Position numbers and translations under genes: made by a program. From NCBI GenBank assembly GCA_002413705.1, contig DHXN01000008.1, forward strand, positions 16,576 through 66,285: a stretch of 49,710 nt of DNA, written 5' to 3'. This document shows, piece after piece, positions 26,901 to 37,313 of the stretch. The stretch comes from Candidatus Nomurabacteria bacterium UBA5155. GTDB taxonomy: Bacteria; Patescibacteriota; Minisyncoccia; Phycocordibacterales; UBA9973. The notes under the pieces are model-generated. The model worked only from the letters and a program-made list of their open reading frames with translations. It did not search any database and had not been told where the DNA came from. The first letter of the stretch is position 1. Every line of letters begins with the position of its first letter.

Positions 26901-27650
26901 ATGACTACTTCATACAAAATTGTGCAGAGTGACTTTATGTTTGACGACGTCCTTGCGGATGAAATCAGTAATAAGCAGTATACCCTCACTATCAAGGACA
27001 TGCCGACCGAGGACAAACCTCGGGAAAAGCTTGCGCACTATGGCCCGTCTGCGCTCTCCGTTCAGGAATTGGTGGCGGTCATTTTGACCACCGGCACCAA
27101 GAAAGAGGGTGTCATGAGTATGGCTTCTCGTATTATCAAGGACTACGGTGAGAAAACACTGGCTGGTCAAAGAGATGCTGCAGCCATGGCCAAAGATCTT
27201 GATATTCCGTTGATCAAAGCCATGCAAATTGTGGCATGTGCGGAGTTGGGTCGTCGCTTCTTTGATAAGAGCATCAGCGGTCCGCAAACCATTCGCACCG
27301 CCAAAGATGTCTATGACTATTTATATGACATGCGCAATCTGCCAAAAGAACATTTGCGTGGCATTTATTTGAACACTCACCATCGCATTGTGCACGATGA
27401 AGTTATTTCTATCGGCACCATCAATGGCAATCTCATTCATCCTCGTGAAGTGTTCAAGCCTGCCATTGAGCATGGTGCGGCAGCAGTGATCTTGGCGCAC
27501 AATCATCCTTCAGGCATCGTCACTCCCAGTCAGGCAGATATTGAAATCACTAAACATATTATTGAAGTGGGGAAGATCATTGGTATCCCTGTGGTGGACC
27601 ATGTCATCATTGTGGCTGATAAATTTATTAGTATTGACGTTGAGTATTAA
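26901..27650 (+). CDS. radC: RadC family JAB-domain protein
   Basis: KPREKL, ELGRR, HPREVF, HNHPSG...S.AD, DHVII. Confidence 0.95.
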   Translation: MTTSYKIVQSDFMFDDVLADEISNKQYTLTIKDMPTEDKPREKLAHYGPSALSVQELVAVILTTGTKKEGVMSMASRIIKDYGEKTLAGQRDAAAMAKDLDIPLIKAMQIVACAELGRRFFDKSISGPQTIRTAKDVYDYLYDMRNLPKEHLRGIYLNTHHRIVHDEVISIGTINGNLIHPREVFKPAIEHGAAAVILAHNHPSGIVTPSQADIEITKHIIEVGKIIGIPVVDHVIIVADKFISIDVEY

Positions 27651-27653
27651 AAA

Positions 27654-27926
27654 ATGAAAACATTAAAACACTATCAAGTTTCTACCGTACCATCATATTT
27701 CTCAAATATTTCTTCCATCCAAAAGTTGGCAGTCTTGCACGACGCGCCGATTGATGACAAGAAAGTCGAATTGCAAATACATTTTAACGATTTGTATCAA
27801 GTCTTCATGCATCGCTTTGCGCAGTATGCGCTGACTGATACTGTGGCAGAAACCGAAGAAGACAAGCTGGCGAATATTTTTCTGCAATTGATCAAGACCA
27901 AGCGAACACTTCGAGAAGAGGACTAA
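27654..27926 (+). CDS. Hypothetical protein
   Basis: 90-aa ORF starting 3 nt after the radC stop. Confidence 0.55.
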   Translation: MKTLKHYQVSTVPSYFSNISSIQKLAVLHDAPIDDKKVELQIHFNDLYQVFMHRFAQYALTDTVAETEEDKLANIFLQLIKTKRTLREED

Positions 27927-28597
27927 ACACGCTTTGCATAGCCATGAGCCAGGGCGATGGCATATATATGTTGCGCACCAGCCGCGCGCAATGCGCGGCT
28001 GGCTTCGTCTATGGTGCTGCCGGTGGTAATGACATCATCCACCACTATATATAGTGCGTGCGGATTGAGCGGATAGTGCTGCGCAGAAACTTCCATAGTG
28101 TGTGCCAAATTTTCTTGTCGCTGTTTGCGGCTATGCGTGTGGGCTTGCGAATCGGTGGCACGAATTTTTTTTAACACAGAAAGCATGTTTGCGTCGGGCA
28201 GTCCTGCATTGATCCATCGCGCAATCAGGTTGCTTTGATTGAAACCGCGGTTCAATGTTTTGCTGAAATATTGCGGCACAGGAACAAGTACAGTATTCAT
28301 GGGAGTGCTGCTTTGAAGCACTGAAGCCAGCTGATCGACGATATCGCAAGCGCCATATTGTGCCAATGCTTTGGCAGCAGCACTTTTGCGATGGTATTTC
28401 AATTCCCATATTGCTTTGCTAACCATTGGATCGCTATAGTCATAGATTGCAAAGGCATTTTGTACCTTTCCACTCGGATCAGCAATAGCGTTAGAAAGGG
28501 GAATATGTTCTATGCATGAGACACAAACAGCCATACCGCTTTTTTGGCAGCCAATACAGTGTTCGGGAAATAAGAAAGCAAGCAGTTCTTCAATCAT
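27923..28597 (-). CDS. comF: ComF family competence protein (zinc ribbon + PRTase)
   Basis: LFP..CIGC...CVSC, LKY, VPVP, RGFNQS, VDDVITTGST. Confidence 0.93.
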   Translation of the reverse strand: MIEELLAFLFPEHCIGCQKSGMAVCVSCIEHIPLSNAIADPSGKVQNAFAIYDYSDPMVSKAIWELKYHRKSAAAKALAQYGACDIVDQLASVLQSSTPMNTVLVPVPQYFSKTLNRGFNQSNLIARWINAGLPDANMLSVLKKIRATDSQAHTHSRKQRQENLAHTMEVSAQHYPLNPHALYIVVDDVITTGSTIDEASRALRAAGAQHIYAIALAHGYAKRV

Positions 28598-28633
28598 AGG
28601 CAATCCGGATTTTTGCGTTATACTGTCTGATAT

Positions 28634-29764
28634 ATGGACAGTATACTCTCTAGTATCAAAAATGCCTTCTCGGGACTCTTTAGCGGGGCAGGTGATAACC
28701 GTGTGGTGGGTATTGATATTGGTACTTCATCGATCAAGGTGGTGGAACTCAAAAAAGAAGGCGGTCGAGTGATTCTCGATACCTATGGAGCGCTGGCGCT
28801 TGGTCAATATAATGAAGGTGGATTTATTGGACAGGTGACCAATCTCAGCGTTGAAAATCTAACCAAAGCCGTTATTGATGTATTGAGAGAAACAGCTATT
28901 ACCAGCACCAATATCGTACTCGGTATTCCCTCAGTGTCATGTATTATTTTTATTCTGCAATTGCCGTCACAAATTGAAGAAAAGAATTTGGCATTGGTCA
29001 TTCCCAATGAGGCCAAGAAATTTATTCCTGTACCGCTGAACGATGTGTCACTGGACTGGTATGTATTGCCTCGACGCGAAGACTCCGGCAATGAAGCGCG
29101 TGTGCTGGCGGAAAGCGGCGGAGTGGCAACCATGTCAGTGTTGGTTGTGGCAACATTGAACGAAACACTTACCAAATACACCGATGTTATGCAAAAATCA
29201 GGACTACCGGTGGATAGTTTGGAAATCGAAGTCTTCAGTCATATTCGTTCTGTTATGACTCGCGAACTGTATCCGGTGATGATTGTTGATATCGGCGCAT
29301 CAAAAACCAAGCTGACAATTGTTGAGCATGGTATTGTCGAAACATTTCGTTTGGTGAACAAAGGTTCGCAAGACATGACGCAAGCCATCAGTCACAGTTT
29401 TGAACTGTCATTTGAACAGGCAGAAAATCTCAAAAAAGAACACGGATTGATCGCGCCGCCGGAATATCCGCGTCTGGCAGAGCCGATCAAGATTCAGCTT
29501 GCGGAGATTTTCCAAGAAACCAACGCCACCATTTTGGCATTTGAAAAACGATACAATAAAAATATCGGTAAAATCATTTTTACCGGCGGGGGAGCAATGA
29601 CACACGGACTGATCGATTACGCCAAGCAAAGTTTTGCTTCAGAGCTGGCAATCGCCGATCCTTTTGTAAAAGTTGAATCACCGGTATTTCTCAGTGGTGT
29701 GTTAAAAAACACCGGACCAGAATTTTCTATCGCTATCGGACTGGCATTGAAGAAAATTCAATAG
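28634..29764 (+). CDS. pilM: Type IV pilus assembly protein PilM
   Basis: VGIDIGTSSIKVVEL, VDIGASKT, TGGGA, AIGLAL. Confidence 0.93.
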   Translation: MDSILSSIKNAFSGLFSGAGDNRVVGIDIGTSSIKVVELKKEGGRVILDTYGALALGQYNEGGFIGQVTNLSVENLTKAVIDVLRETAITSTNIVLGIPSVSCIIFILQLPSQIEEKNLALVIPNEAKKFIPVPLNDVSLDWYVLPRREDSGNEARVLAESGGVATMSVLVVATLNETLTKYTDVMQKSGLPVDSLEIEVFSHIRSVMTRELYPVMIVDIGASKTKLTIVEHGIVETFRLVNKGSQDMTQAISHSFELSFEQAENLKKEHGLIAPPEYPRLAEPIKIQLAEIFQETNATILAFEKRYNKNIGKIIFTGGGAMTHGLIDYAKQSFASELAIADPFVKVESPVFLSGVLKNTGPEFSIAIGLALKKIQ

Positions 29765-29780
29765 TATACTTTCAGTATCA

Positions 29781-30440
29781 ATGGAACCCATCGTCTCAAC
29801 TTCGTTCATTCCAAAACGGCCAGTATCAACTGAGCCAATCATTACCAATCGTCATAGTGGCGTAGTGGGACTTTTATCTTTTATTACTTTTATTGTTGTG
29901 CTTGGTACCGCTGTTGCATTTGTTGGCGTCTATTTATATCAAAAATCTTTGGCGGCACAGCAAGCAAATGCGCAAGCCGCCATCATTAAAGCGCAAAACG
30001 GTCTCGGTACCACATTTGTATCCGACATGCAGCGCCTCAGCAATCGCATCACCGGCGTGAAAACGTTGATTCAAAACCATGTTGTCGTGTCACCAATCTT
30101 TGACGCGCTGCAGGCCACAACACTGCGGGATGTGCAGTACAAAGATTTTAGTTATCAGTTCACTACCGACAGCGGCAATCACAACAAGCTTGTGCAGGTC
30201 AGTATTACCGGTGTGGCAAAAAGCTACGCGACACTTGCGTTGCAGTCAGATGCATATGCCAAGAGTACGCTCATTCAAAACCCAATCTTTTCCGGTCTGA
30301 CTGTTGAAGATAAAACACAATACATAGACTTCAAGCTCGTGTTCACTGTCGATCCAAACGCCCTTTCATACCAGACGTTCATCAACAGTCTGCCTGCCAG
30401 TCAAACCAATTCGGTAAGTTCAGTGAGTTCGTCAACATGA
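29781..30440 (+). CDS. pilN: PilN-like protein
   Basis: N-terminal SFIPK (equivalent of the INLLP PilM-binding motif), TM, coiled coil, ITGVA; position after pilM. Confidence 0.75.
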   Translation: MEPIVSTSFIPKRPVSTEPIITNRHSGVVGLLSFITFIVVLGTAVAFVGVYLYQKSLAAQQANAQAAIIKAQNGLGTTFVSDMQRLSNRITGVKTLIQNHVVVSPIFDALQATTLRDVQYKDFSYQFTTDSGNHNKLVQVSITGVAKSYATLALQSDAYAKSTLIQNPIFSGLTVEDKTQYIDFKLVFTVDPNALSYQTFINSLPASQTNSVSSVSSST

Positions 30441-31075
30441 GATACATTTTTTTACTACTTCTAATAGCAGGATCAGTCGGAATATTTGTTGCGGTTATTA
30501 TTCCTCGCTATGATGCCATCAACATAGAACGCGCTCAACTTACCGGCTACAATGCTGATCTCATTACTGCCAATCAGTTGCAACAATCTCGCGATACGTT
30601 GATTGCACAATATAATAATATTAATCAAACAGACATTACCAATATCAAAACATTGCTCCCAGATAGTGTCGATGACATTCGTCTTATCATTCAGCTTGAT
30701 TCATTGGCAACAAAAAATGGTTTGTCATCATTGCGCAATTTGAACTATGATGCACCGCAAGCGTCAACTAAAACGGGGACTGCCGGCACTGCTTCAGCCG
30801 GAGCTGCTCCTGTTGCAAATGCTACTCCTACGCTTAGCCCTAGTGTGTCACAGAGCACCTACGGTCAGTTTGTGATTTCATTTGAAACGACAGGTCAGTA
30901 TTCAAACTTTTTGTCATTCATGTCAGACTTGGAACAAAATCTTCGACTGGTGGATATCACTGATGTTGAATTCACTCCCGCTCAGGCGACCAGTACTGGT
31001 ACTACCACTGCTCCCACCGCCGCGACCGGACTGGGGTACAAGGTCACATTAACAACTTACTGGTTGAAACAATAA
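30437..31075 (+). CDS. pilO: PilO-like protein
   Basis: TM, coiled coil, LLP, GQYSNFLSFMSDLEQNLRLVDI, TYWL. Confidence 0.8.
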   Translation: MRYIFLLLLIAGSVGIFVAVIIPRYDAINIERAQLTGYNADLITANQLQQSRDTLIAQYNNINQTDITNIKTLLPDSVDDIRLIIQLDSLATKNGLSSLRNLNYDAPQASTKTGTAGTASAGAAPVANATPTLSPSVSQSTYGQFVISFETTGQYSNFLSFMSDLEQNLRLVDITDVEFTPAQATSTGTTTAPTAATGLGYKVTLTTYWLKQ

Positions 31076-31079
31076 TATA

Positions 31080-31745
31080 ATGAGTAAAAAAGTTAAAATT
31101 TTCGTAATCGTCGTTCTGGTCATCGCAGCATTGGTTGGAGCATTTTCATATTTTGGCAACAGTGCACCGGTTCCTTCAGCCAGTGCGCTCAAAAACTCAA
31201 CTGCTTCGGCGGTTCTTCCTGGCGGCGGTGGAGCAGTGACTCCTGTGATGAATACCGGCGGCACAGGTGCATTTACTGCACTGCTCTCAAGTATCAACGG
31301 CATCAATCTCGATACTTCTATTTTTTCAAGTCCTGCCTACAAGGCTTTGCGCGACTATCCAGTATCTCTGGGCACTGCAATCATCGGTCGTCAAAATCCA
31401 TTTGCTCCTATTGGTATCGATAGTGGTTCTACAATAGCAGGCACATTGTCCGTGCAAACACTTGCGCCAGATAAAGTACTCAGTACTTCCGGTGAATTTG
31501 GAGCACTTGTCACCGCCTCAACTACTGACCCTGTGACAGTAGTATTTCAATACGGCACCAGCGACACATTTGGATCAGCCACGACACCAACAGCAGTGAC
31601 AAAAAATGGCACAGCATTGTTTACCGCCACCGCACTTACACCTGCAACGTTGTACTACGTTGAGGCAGTAGCAGTACAAGGATCGACTACTGCGACCGGT
31701 GCTATTATGACATTTACCACTGCCGCTGCTGCGCAGAAACACTAA
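31080..31745 (+). CDS. PilP-position membrane protein with an FN3-like C-terminal domain
   Basis: TM, GRQNPF motif, LTPATLYYVEAVA FN3-like strand. Confidence 0.6.
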   Translation: MSKKVKIFVIVVLVIAALVGAFSYFGNSAPVPSASALKNSTASAVLPGGGGAVTPVMNTGGTGAFTALLSSINGINLDTSIFSSPAYKALRDYPVSLGTAIIGRQNPFAPIGIDSGSTIAGTLSVQTLAPDKVLSTSGEFGALVTASTTDPVTVVFQYGTSDTFGSATTPTAVTKNGTALFTATALTPATLYYVEAVAVQGSTTATGAIMTFTTAAAAQKH

Positions 31746-31746
31746 A

Positions 31747-33480
31747 ATGTTTCTTGATTTTCTCCTCGCACAACACATCATCACCGATCTGCAATATAAT
31801 CGCGTGATGGCCGAATTGGAACACGAGTACCACGGCGATATCAATGCCGCGCTTACTGCTCTTGGTTTGGCTGAAGATGTTGTTACGCAAGCCAAAGGCT
31901 CGTTCTATCATTTACCATACATAAAAATTGCCACCAACGGTGTTGCTGGAGAGACGCTAAAATACATTCCTGAAGAAGCTGCTCGGCAATATAAATTTGT
32001 TCCGTTGTCATTTTCAGAAGGCGTGCTTTCGATCGGTGTGACCGAACCAGAAAATATGGAGTCGATGAATGCGTTGCAGTTCATGTCGGTGAAGCTCGGC
32101 GTGCCATTCAAAGTCTTTCTGATTTCTTCAACCGATTTTGCCGCGGTCATTCAACAATACAGCGAGGTGACACAAGAGACTGTCGACGGTGAAGTCAGCA
32201 AGCTCAACAGAGAGCTTGAACTGGCCAATAAAAAAGACGGTGATGAACCCGATGTTGCAAAGAAAAAAGCAGTTGATCCAAATCAGCAAGAAAAAATCGT
32301 TGAAGACGCTCCGATCATCAAAATTGTTGCCGTCATCATTCAGCATGCCGTGGAAGGAGGCGCATCCGATATTCACATTGAAAACAATGGTGCATCAGTG
32401 AAAGTGCGCTATCGTGTTGACGGCACATTGCACACCACACTCGTGCTGCCGCTGCTGAGCTTCGATGCTATCATTGCGCGTATTAAAATTTTGGCCAAGC
32501 TCCGTCTGGATGAAAAGCGTAAACCGCAAGATGGAAGTTTCGTCACAATGCTTGAGGGCAGAAAAATTGAATTTCGTGTTTCAACATTTCCTGCATACTA
32601 CGGCGAAAAAGTCGTAATGCGTATTTTGGATGCTGAAAATGGTATCAAAAAATTGGAAGATCTCGATCTGTCTCCGGAACATTTCAAAATGGTGCAAGCG
32701 GCATTGGCGAAACCGTACGGTTTGATTTTGATTTCTGGTCCGACTGGTTCTGGTAAGAGTACGACACTGTATTCGATGCTTAGTGCAGTTGATAAAGAGG
32801 GCAGTAATGTCGTATCGCTGGAAGATCCTGTTGAATATCAAATCCCCGGCGTGACACAGTCTCAGGTTATGCCGGAAATTGGCTACACGTTTGCCTCCGG
32901 TTTGCGTTCTATTTTGCGTCAGGACCCGAACATTATCATGGTGGGAGAAATCCGCGATAAAGAAACGGCAGAGTTGGCGATTCAAGCCGCGCTGACCGGA
33001 CACTTGGTGCTTTCAACCATTCACACCAACAGCGCCATCGGTATCATCCCGCGTCTGGTCGACATGGGAATTGATCCTTATTTGATCGCGCCAACATTGG
33101 TCATGGCCATCGCGCAGCGTTTGGTGCGTCGTGTCCACCCCAGCGCTCGTCATCAAGTGCCAATGGATGAAATAACAAAAGATTTTATTAAAAAAGAATT
33201 TGCCGATCTGACTCCTGAAGAAATCACAAACTTGCACGTGCCGGATACTATGTACGAAATTCGTCCTTCATCCGAAGCGCCATCAGGCACTCGCGGCCGT
33301 ATTGCCGCTTTTGAAATGTTTGCCGTTGATAAAGATGTCCAGCAAATTATTTTGAAAGATCCAACAGAGCCAGAGTTGTACAAGATCACTCGCGCCAAAG
33401 GCATGCTGACCATGCGCGAGGATGCACTGATGAAAGCACTGCATGGTGAAGTCCCGATGCAAGAAGTCTTTGGACTGTAG
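31747..33480 (+). CDS. pilB: Type IV pilus extension ATPase PilB/GspE
   Basis: ASDIHIE, PQDG, GPTGSGKST, LEDPVE, LRQDPNIIMVGEIRD, TGHLVLSTIH. Confidence 0.95.
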   Translation: MFLDFLLAQHIITDLQYNRVMAELEHEYHGDINAALTALGLAEDVVTQAKGSFYHLPYIKIATNGVAGETLKYIPEEAARQYKFVPLSFSEGVLSIGVTEPENMESMNALQFMSVKLGVPFKVFLISSTDFAAVIQQYSEVTQETVDGEVSKLNRELELANKKDGDEPDVAKKKAVDPNQQEKIVEDAPIIKIVAVIIQHAVEGGASDIHIENNGASVKVRYRVDGTLHTTLVLPLLSFDAIIARIKILAKLRLDEKRKPQDGSFVTMLEGRKIEFRVSTFPAYYGEKVVMRILDAENGIKKLEDLDLSPEHFKMVQAALAKPYGLILISGPTGSGKSTTLYSMLSAVDKEGSNVVSLEDPVEYQIPGVTQSQVMPEIGYTFASGLRSILRQDPNIIMVGEIRDKETAELAIQAALTGHLVLSTIHTNSAIGIIPRLVDMGIDPYLIAPTLVMAIAQRLVRRVHPSARHQVPMDEITKDFIKKEFADLTPEEITNLHVPDTMYEIRPSSEAPSGTRGRIAAFEMFAVDKDVQQIILKDPTEPELYKITRAKGMLTMREDALMKALHGEVPMQEVFGL

Positions 33481-33491
33481 CCGCACGATCG

Positions 33492-33520
33492 TTGACAGAA
33501 TCAATAAAAAGTGCTATTAT
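33492..33520 (+). promoter_or_regulatory. Sigma70-type promoter
   Basis: TTGACA-17 nt-TATTAT with TG extension. Confidence 0.75.
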
Positions 33521-33576
33521 AAAAACGGAAAAACGATATTGTTCTCCACAACCAAAAATACAAATACTGTAAGCAA

Positions 33577-34248
33577 ATGACAAGAATTGTAGGCAGCCCC
33601 ATCACTCGTGGACAGTCCACCGAGATGGTAAACCAAATCGAAAACGCAATGAAAAAATGCGGTGTCGATCCTCAACAAATCACTAAAAAAATGCTCAACA
33701 AAAAAGCATTCGAAAAGTTTATTGTTGATTATCTAAAAGAAAATAACCAAGCGCAAATTGTTTCAGAAAAATTTGATGCAAACGACAAAGTTATCAGTAC
33801 CACCCCGAGCGGCAAAACCTATACCGTTAAAAACGACAAACTGGTTGCGCTTAAGTCCGAAGGCGGATTATTCGATTATGTTGATGGCGATATTAACGGC
33901 TGGTTCGGCGATGTAACATTCACCGATACCGAAGCAGTATCTGGCAGGGTACAGCGTTTCAAAAATGCCATGACCCATCGCGCCATTATTGACGAAGGTA
34001 ACAGCCTTGGCATATATGAAGAATACGACATCGTGCAAGCATTGCTTTTGGCGAATGAATTGGTAAAAGCAGGTGAAATCGAAAAACCAGGTTTCGGTGT
34101 GATCATTTATTTGAAAAACACCAGAAATAGTAACCGCTGCAGGCTCGACGTGGGTCGCTATTCCGATGGCGAGTTGGGCGTCAGCGTCGACGAGGTGAAT
34201 GTCGACTTCGAGTGGAGCGCTGGCGGTGGTACCCTCTTTAGCAACTGA
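33577..34248 (+). CDS. Probable DGR target protein with a C-terminal variable region
   Basis: Abrupt GC-rich 3' segment (34135-34248) dominated by NNC/NNT codons, encoding RCRLDVGRYSDGELGVSVDEVNVDFEWSAGGGTLFSN. Confidence 0.65.
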   Translation: MTRIVGSPITRGQSTEMVNQIENAMKKCGVDPQQITKKMLNKKAFEKFIVDYLKENNQAQIVSEKFDANDKVISTTPSGKTYTVKNDKLVALKSEGGLFDYVDGDINGWFGDVTFTDTEAVSGRVQRFKNAMTHRAIIDEGNSLGIYEEYDIVQALLLANELVKAGEIEKPGFGVIIYLKNTRNSNRCRLDVGRYSDGELGVSVDEVNVDFEWSAGGGTLFSN

Positions 34249-34270
34249 AACTTTTTCATTTTGTTCTAAC

Positions 34271-34330
34271 AATTAAAACCCTTAGGCCCTTAGGCCCTTA
34301 GTATCTTTGATACTTTGGGTCTTTTTAATT
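34271..34330. repeat. 8-bp tandem repeat and hairpin after the putative variable region
   Basis: CCCTTAGG-CCCTTAGG-CCCTTAGT; AGTATC-TTT-GATACT hairpin; outer AATTAAAA/TTTTAATT. Confidence 0.7.
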
Positions 34331-34376
34331 AAGAGTATAGACGTAGTGAGTTGAAACACGCTATACTACATGCATC

Positions 34377-35435
34377 ATGGACTATAAAAAATCGTTCGAA
34401 GCATTACTCGAAATTTTGATTGCGCAACAAGGATCAGACCTGCACATTTCTGCCGGGCGTGTGCCGGCAGTGCGTGTGAATGGCGATCTGATCTTTTTAT
34501 TAAATCACGCGGCGCTGACACAGGAAGATTTGTCCGGCATGCTCAAAGCGATTCTGTCCGAGGATCACTACAAGCACTTTACCGACGTTGAAGAACTCGA
34601 CTTTTCATACGAATATCAATCAAAGCTTCGTTTACGCGGCAATGCATTTGTGCAACAAGGCAAAGTCGGTATTGTGTTACGCTTGATTCCGGAAGTGAAA
34701 ACATTCGAAGAACTCGGACTACCGGTTATTTTGAAAGACTTTGCGCGCAAGCGACAGGGATTTTTCTTGGTGGTGGGTCCGGTCGGACAAGGTAAGTCCG
34801 CAACCATGGCAGCGATGGTACGACTGATCAACGAAGAACGCGCGGCGCACATTATGACGATTGAAGATCCGGTGGAATACACGTATCCGGAAGGCAAGTC
34901 CATTATTGACCAACGCGAAGTCGGCATTGATACCGCGGACTTTCCTGTGGCATTGAACTCAGCATTTCGTCAGGATGTGAACGTGATTTTGATCGGTGAA
35001 ATGCGTAATGCCGAAACTATCGGTACGGCGGTGACTGCCGCTGAAACAGGACACCTTGTGCTTTCGACTCTTCACACCAACAATGCCTCACAAACGGTTG
35101 ATCGTATCATCGACTCATTTCCGTCAGGACAGCAAGATCAGATTCGTGTGCAGCTGGCCAGTTCATTGATCGGTATTTTCTCACAACGTTTGATTCCGCG
35201 CGTGGCCGGAGGACGTGTACCTGCATATGAATTATTGATCAATAACAATGCAGTATCAAACTTGATTCGTGAAAAACGCACTCATGAAATTGACATGGTC
35301 ATTGAAACCGGCTCAGAGCTTGGCATGATCGACATGAACCGCTCACTGGTTGATCTTGTTCGTCGCGGAGAAATTACTATCGAAAATGCATATGCGTATG
35401 CGATCAATCCAAAAAGTCTGGAGCGCCTGCTATAA
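34377..35435 (+). CDS. pilT: Type IV pilus retraction ATPase PilT
   Basis: SDLHI, GPVGQGKS, TIEDPVE, QREVG, AAETGHLV, AVSNLIRE. Confidence 0.95.
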   Translation: MDYKKSFEALLEILIAQQGSDLHISAGRVPAVRVNGDLIFLLNHAALTQEDLSGMLKAILSEDHYKHFTDVEELDFSYEYQSKLRLRGNAFVQQGKVGIVLRLIPEVKTFEELGLPVILKDFARKRQGFFLVVGPVGQGKSATMAAMVRLINEERAAHIMTIEDPVEYTYPEGKSIIDQREVGIDTADFPVALNSAFRQDVNVILIGEMRNAETIGTAVTAAETGHLVLSTLHTNNASQTVDRIIDSFPSGQQDQIRVQLASSLIGIFSQRLIPRVAGGRVPAYELLINNNAVSNLIREKRTHEIDMVIETGSELGMIDMNRSLVDLVRRGEITIENAYAYAINPKSLERLL

Positions 35436-35438
35436 CAT

Positions 35439-36644
35439 ATGAACTACGTCTACACAGCCATCACTGATAAAGGAGAGAAGCGCGAGGGAATGATTGAAGC
35501 CGTCAATCAAGAACTTGCTGTTGGTGGCCTGCAACGTCGCGGACTGATCGTGACCTCGATCAAAAGTGAAGCCGATGCGAAGAAATGGTTTGAACTGACA
35601 CTCTTCGAACACGTGCCGCTAAAAGACATTGTGATTTTGTCTCGACAAATGTCGACACTCTTTGAAGCGCAAGTGTCCGCGCTCAAAGCGTTTAGTTTGT
35701 TGTCAGAAAATACTGAAAATAAATTGCTCGGCCGCAAACTGGAAACCATCGTTGCCGACTTGCAAGCCGGCTCATCCATTGCTGCGGCCATGGCGAAGCA
35801 AGGTGATATCTTTTCAGACTTCTATGTAAACATGGTGAAAGCCGGCGAAGAGTCCGGAAAGCTCACACAAGTGTTTTCATTCTTGGCCGACTATCTCGAT
35901 CGTCAGTACGCGCTGACCACTAAAACAAAAAACGCATTGGTCTACCCGGCATTCGTGGTCGGCGTGTTTTTTGTGGTGATGATTTTGATGTTCACTTTGA
36001 TTGTGCCAAAACTGTCCAGTATTATTACTGAATCAGGACAGGCAATCCCGGTCTATACACAAGTCGTTTTCGGCATCAGTAACTTCTTTGTGAACTACGG
36101 TATTTTCATGCTCATCTTCTTGGTGTTGGGCGTGGCCGGACTTATTTATTATGCTCGCACTCCCAAGGGTAAACAGGTGCTTGATGATATAAAGTTTGCA
36201 GCGCCGGTCTTTGGTAATCTTTATAACAAACTGTACCTGTCTCGTATCGCCGATAACATGGATACGATGCTGTCGTCCGGTATTCCGATTGTGCGCGCCA
36301 TTGAAATCACTGCGCAGGTGGTGGGCAATAAGCGCTACCAAGCGATCATGGTCAGTGCCATGGAGGATGTGAAAGCTGGTAAGTCATTTTCACAAGCCTT
36401 ATCGGAGCATCCAGAAGTGCCAAAACTGATGTCGTCAATCATTCGTGTCGGTGAAGAAACCGGTTCTGTTGGGTCTATTTTGAAAATGTTGGCGCGCTTC
36501 TACAACCGTGAAGTCGATCAGTCTATTGACACATTGGTCGGACTGATCGAACCGTTCATGATCGTGTTCTTGGGCTTGGCGGTCGGTATTTTGCTTGTTT
36601 CCATTCTTGTGCCGATTTATAACATTGCTGGAGGTATTAGTTAG
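35439..36644 (+). CDS. pilC: Type IV pilus platform protein PilC/GspF
   Basis: AGEESGKL, ALVYP, VGEETG, LIEP, PIYN. Confidence 0.94.
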   Translation: MNYVYTAITDKGEKREGMIEAVNQELAVGGLQRRGLIVTSIKSEADAKKWFELTLFEHVPLKDIVILSRQMSTLFEAQVSALKAFSLLSENTENKLLGRKLETIVADLQAGSSIAAAMAKQGDIFSDFYVNMVKAGEESGKLTQVFSFLADYLDRQYALTTKTKNALVYPAFVVGVFFVVMILMFTLIVPKLSSIITESGQAIPVYTQVVFGISNFFVNYGIFMLIFLVLGVAGLIYYARTPKGKQVLDDIKFAAPVFGNLYNKLYLSRIADNMDTMLSSGIPIVRAIEITAQVVGNKRYQAIMVSAMEDVKAGKSFSQALSEHPEVPKLMSSIIRVGEETGSVGSILKMLARFYNREVDQSIDTLVGLIEPFMIVFLGLAVGILLVSILVPIYNIAGGIS

Positions 36645-36725
36645 GTGGTATACTATGTGCATTACAGCTATTTGTAATAATCGATTATTAACGAACTGTT
36701 CGAGAAAATATATTTAATATAAATT

Positions 36726-37202
36726 ATGAAGAAGAATCTTAAAAAAGGTTTTACATTGATTGAACTCTTGGTGGTTATCGCAATCATCGGTATTCTTGCC
36801 TCTGTAATCCTCGCATCACTCGACTCGGCACGTGCTAAGGGTGTTGATGCTGCAACCAAAGCAGACCTCGATAACTCTCGTGCACAGGCAGAATTGTTCT
36901 ATGACAGTGGTGGTGTCAGTGCTAATACTTATCTAAATGTTTGTACTACGGCTGTAACCGCTAGCGGTATTCAGGGTATGATACAAGATGCTGCTGGAAA
37001 GACAGGAACCACCGTTGCAGCTAATGGTGTTGCTGGAAGCATATCTGCAACTGCATGTCACGACTCTGCAGGAGCATGGGCAGCTGAAGCGCCACTTAAA
37101 TCAGTTACTACTGGTGGACCATGGTACTTCTGTGTGGATAGTACCGGTGCATCAAAACAAACAACAACTGCGCTTGGAGCAGCTGCAACCGTTTGTAGTT
37201 AA
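36726..37202 (+). CDS. pilA: Major type IV pilin
   Basis: KKG|FTLIELLVVIAIIGILASV; Cys pairs; own promoter and terminator. Confidence 0.9.
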   Translation: MKKNLKKGFTLIELLVVIAIIGILASVILASLDSARAKGVDAATKADLDNSRAQAELFYDSGGVSANTYLNVCTTAVTASGIQGMIQDAAGKTGTTVAANGVAGSISATACHDSAGAWAAEAPLKSVTTGGPWYFCVDSTGASKQTTTALGAAATVCS

Positions 37203-37227
37203 TAGAGACTATCTCTAGCTAATTGCA

Positions 37228-37271
37228 AATAATAAAAAATCCTTCATTTACTTGAAGGATTTTTTATTATT
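37228..37271 (+). terminator. Intrinsic terminator after pilA
   Basis: AATAATAAAAAATCCTTCA...TGAAGGATTTTTTATTATT. Confidence 0.85.
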
Positions 37272-37313
37272 TCTTCGGTTTAAATTGATACTCTGAATGA
37301 TACATTTTCTGTC

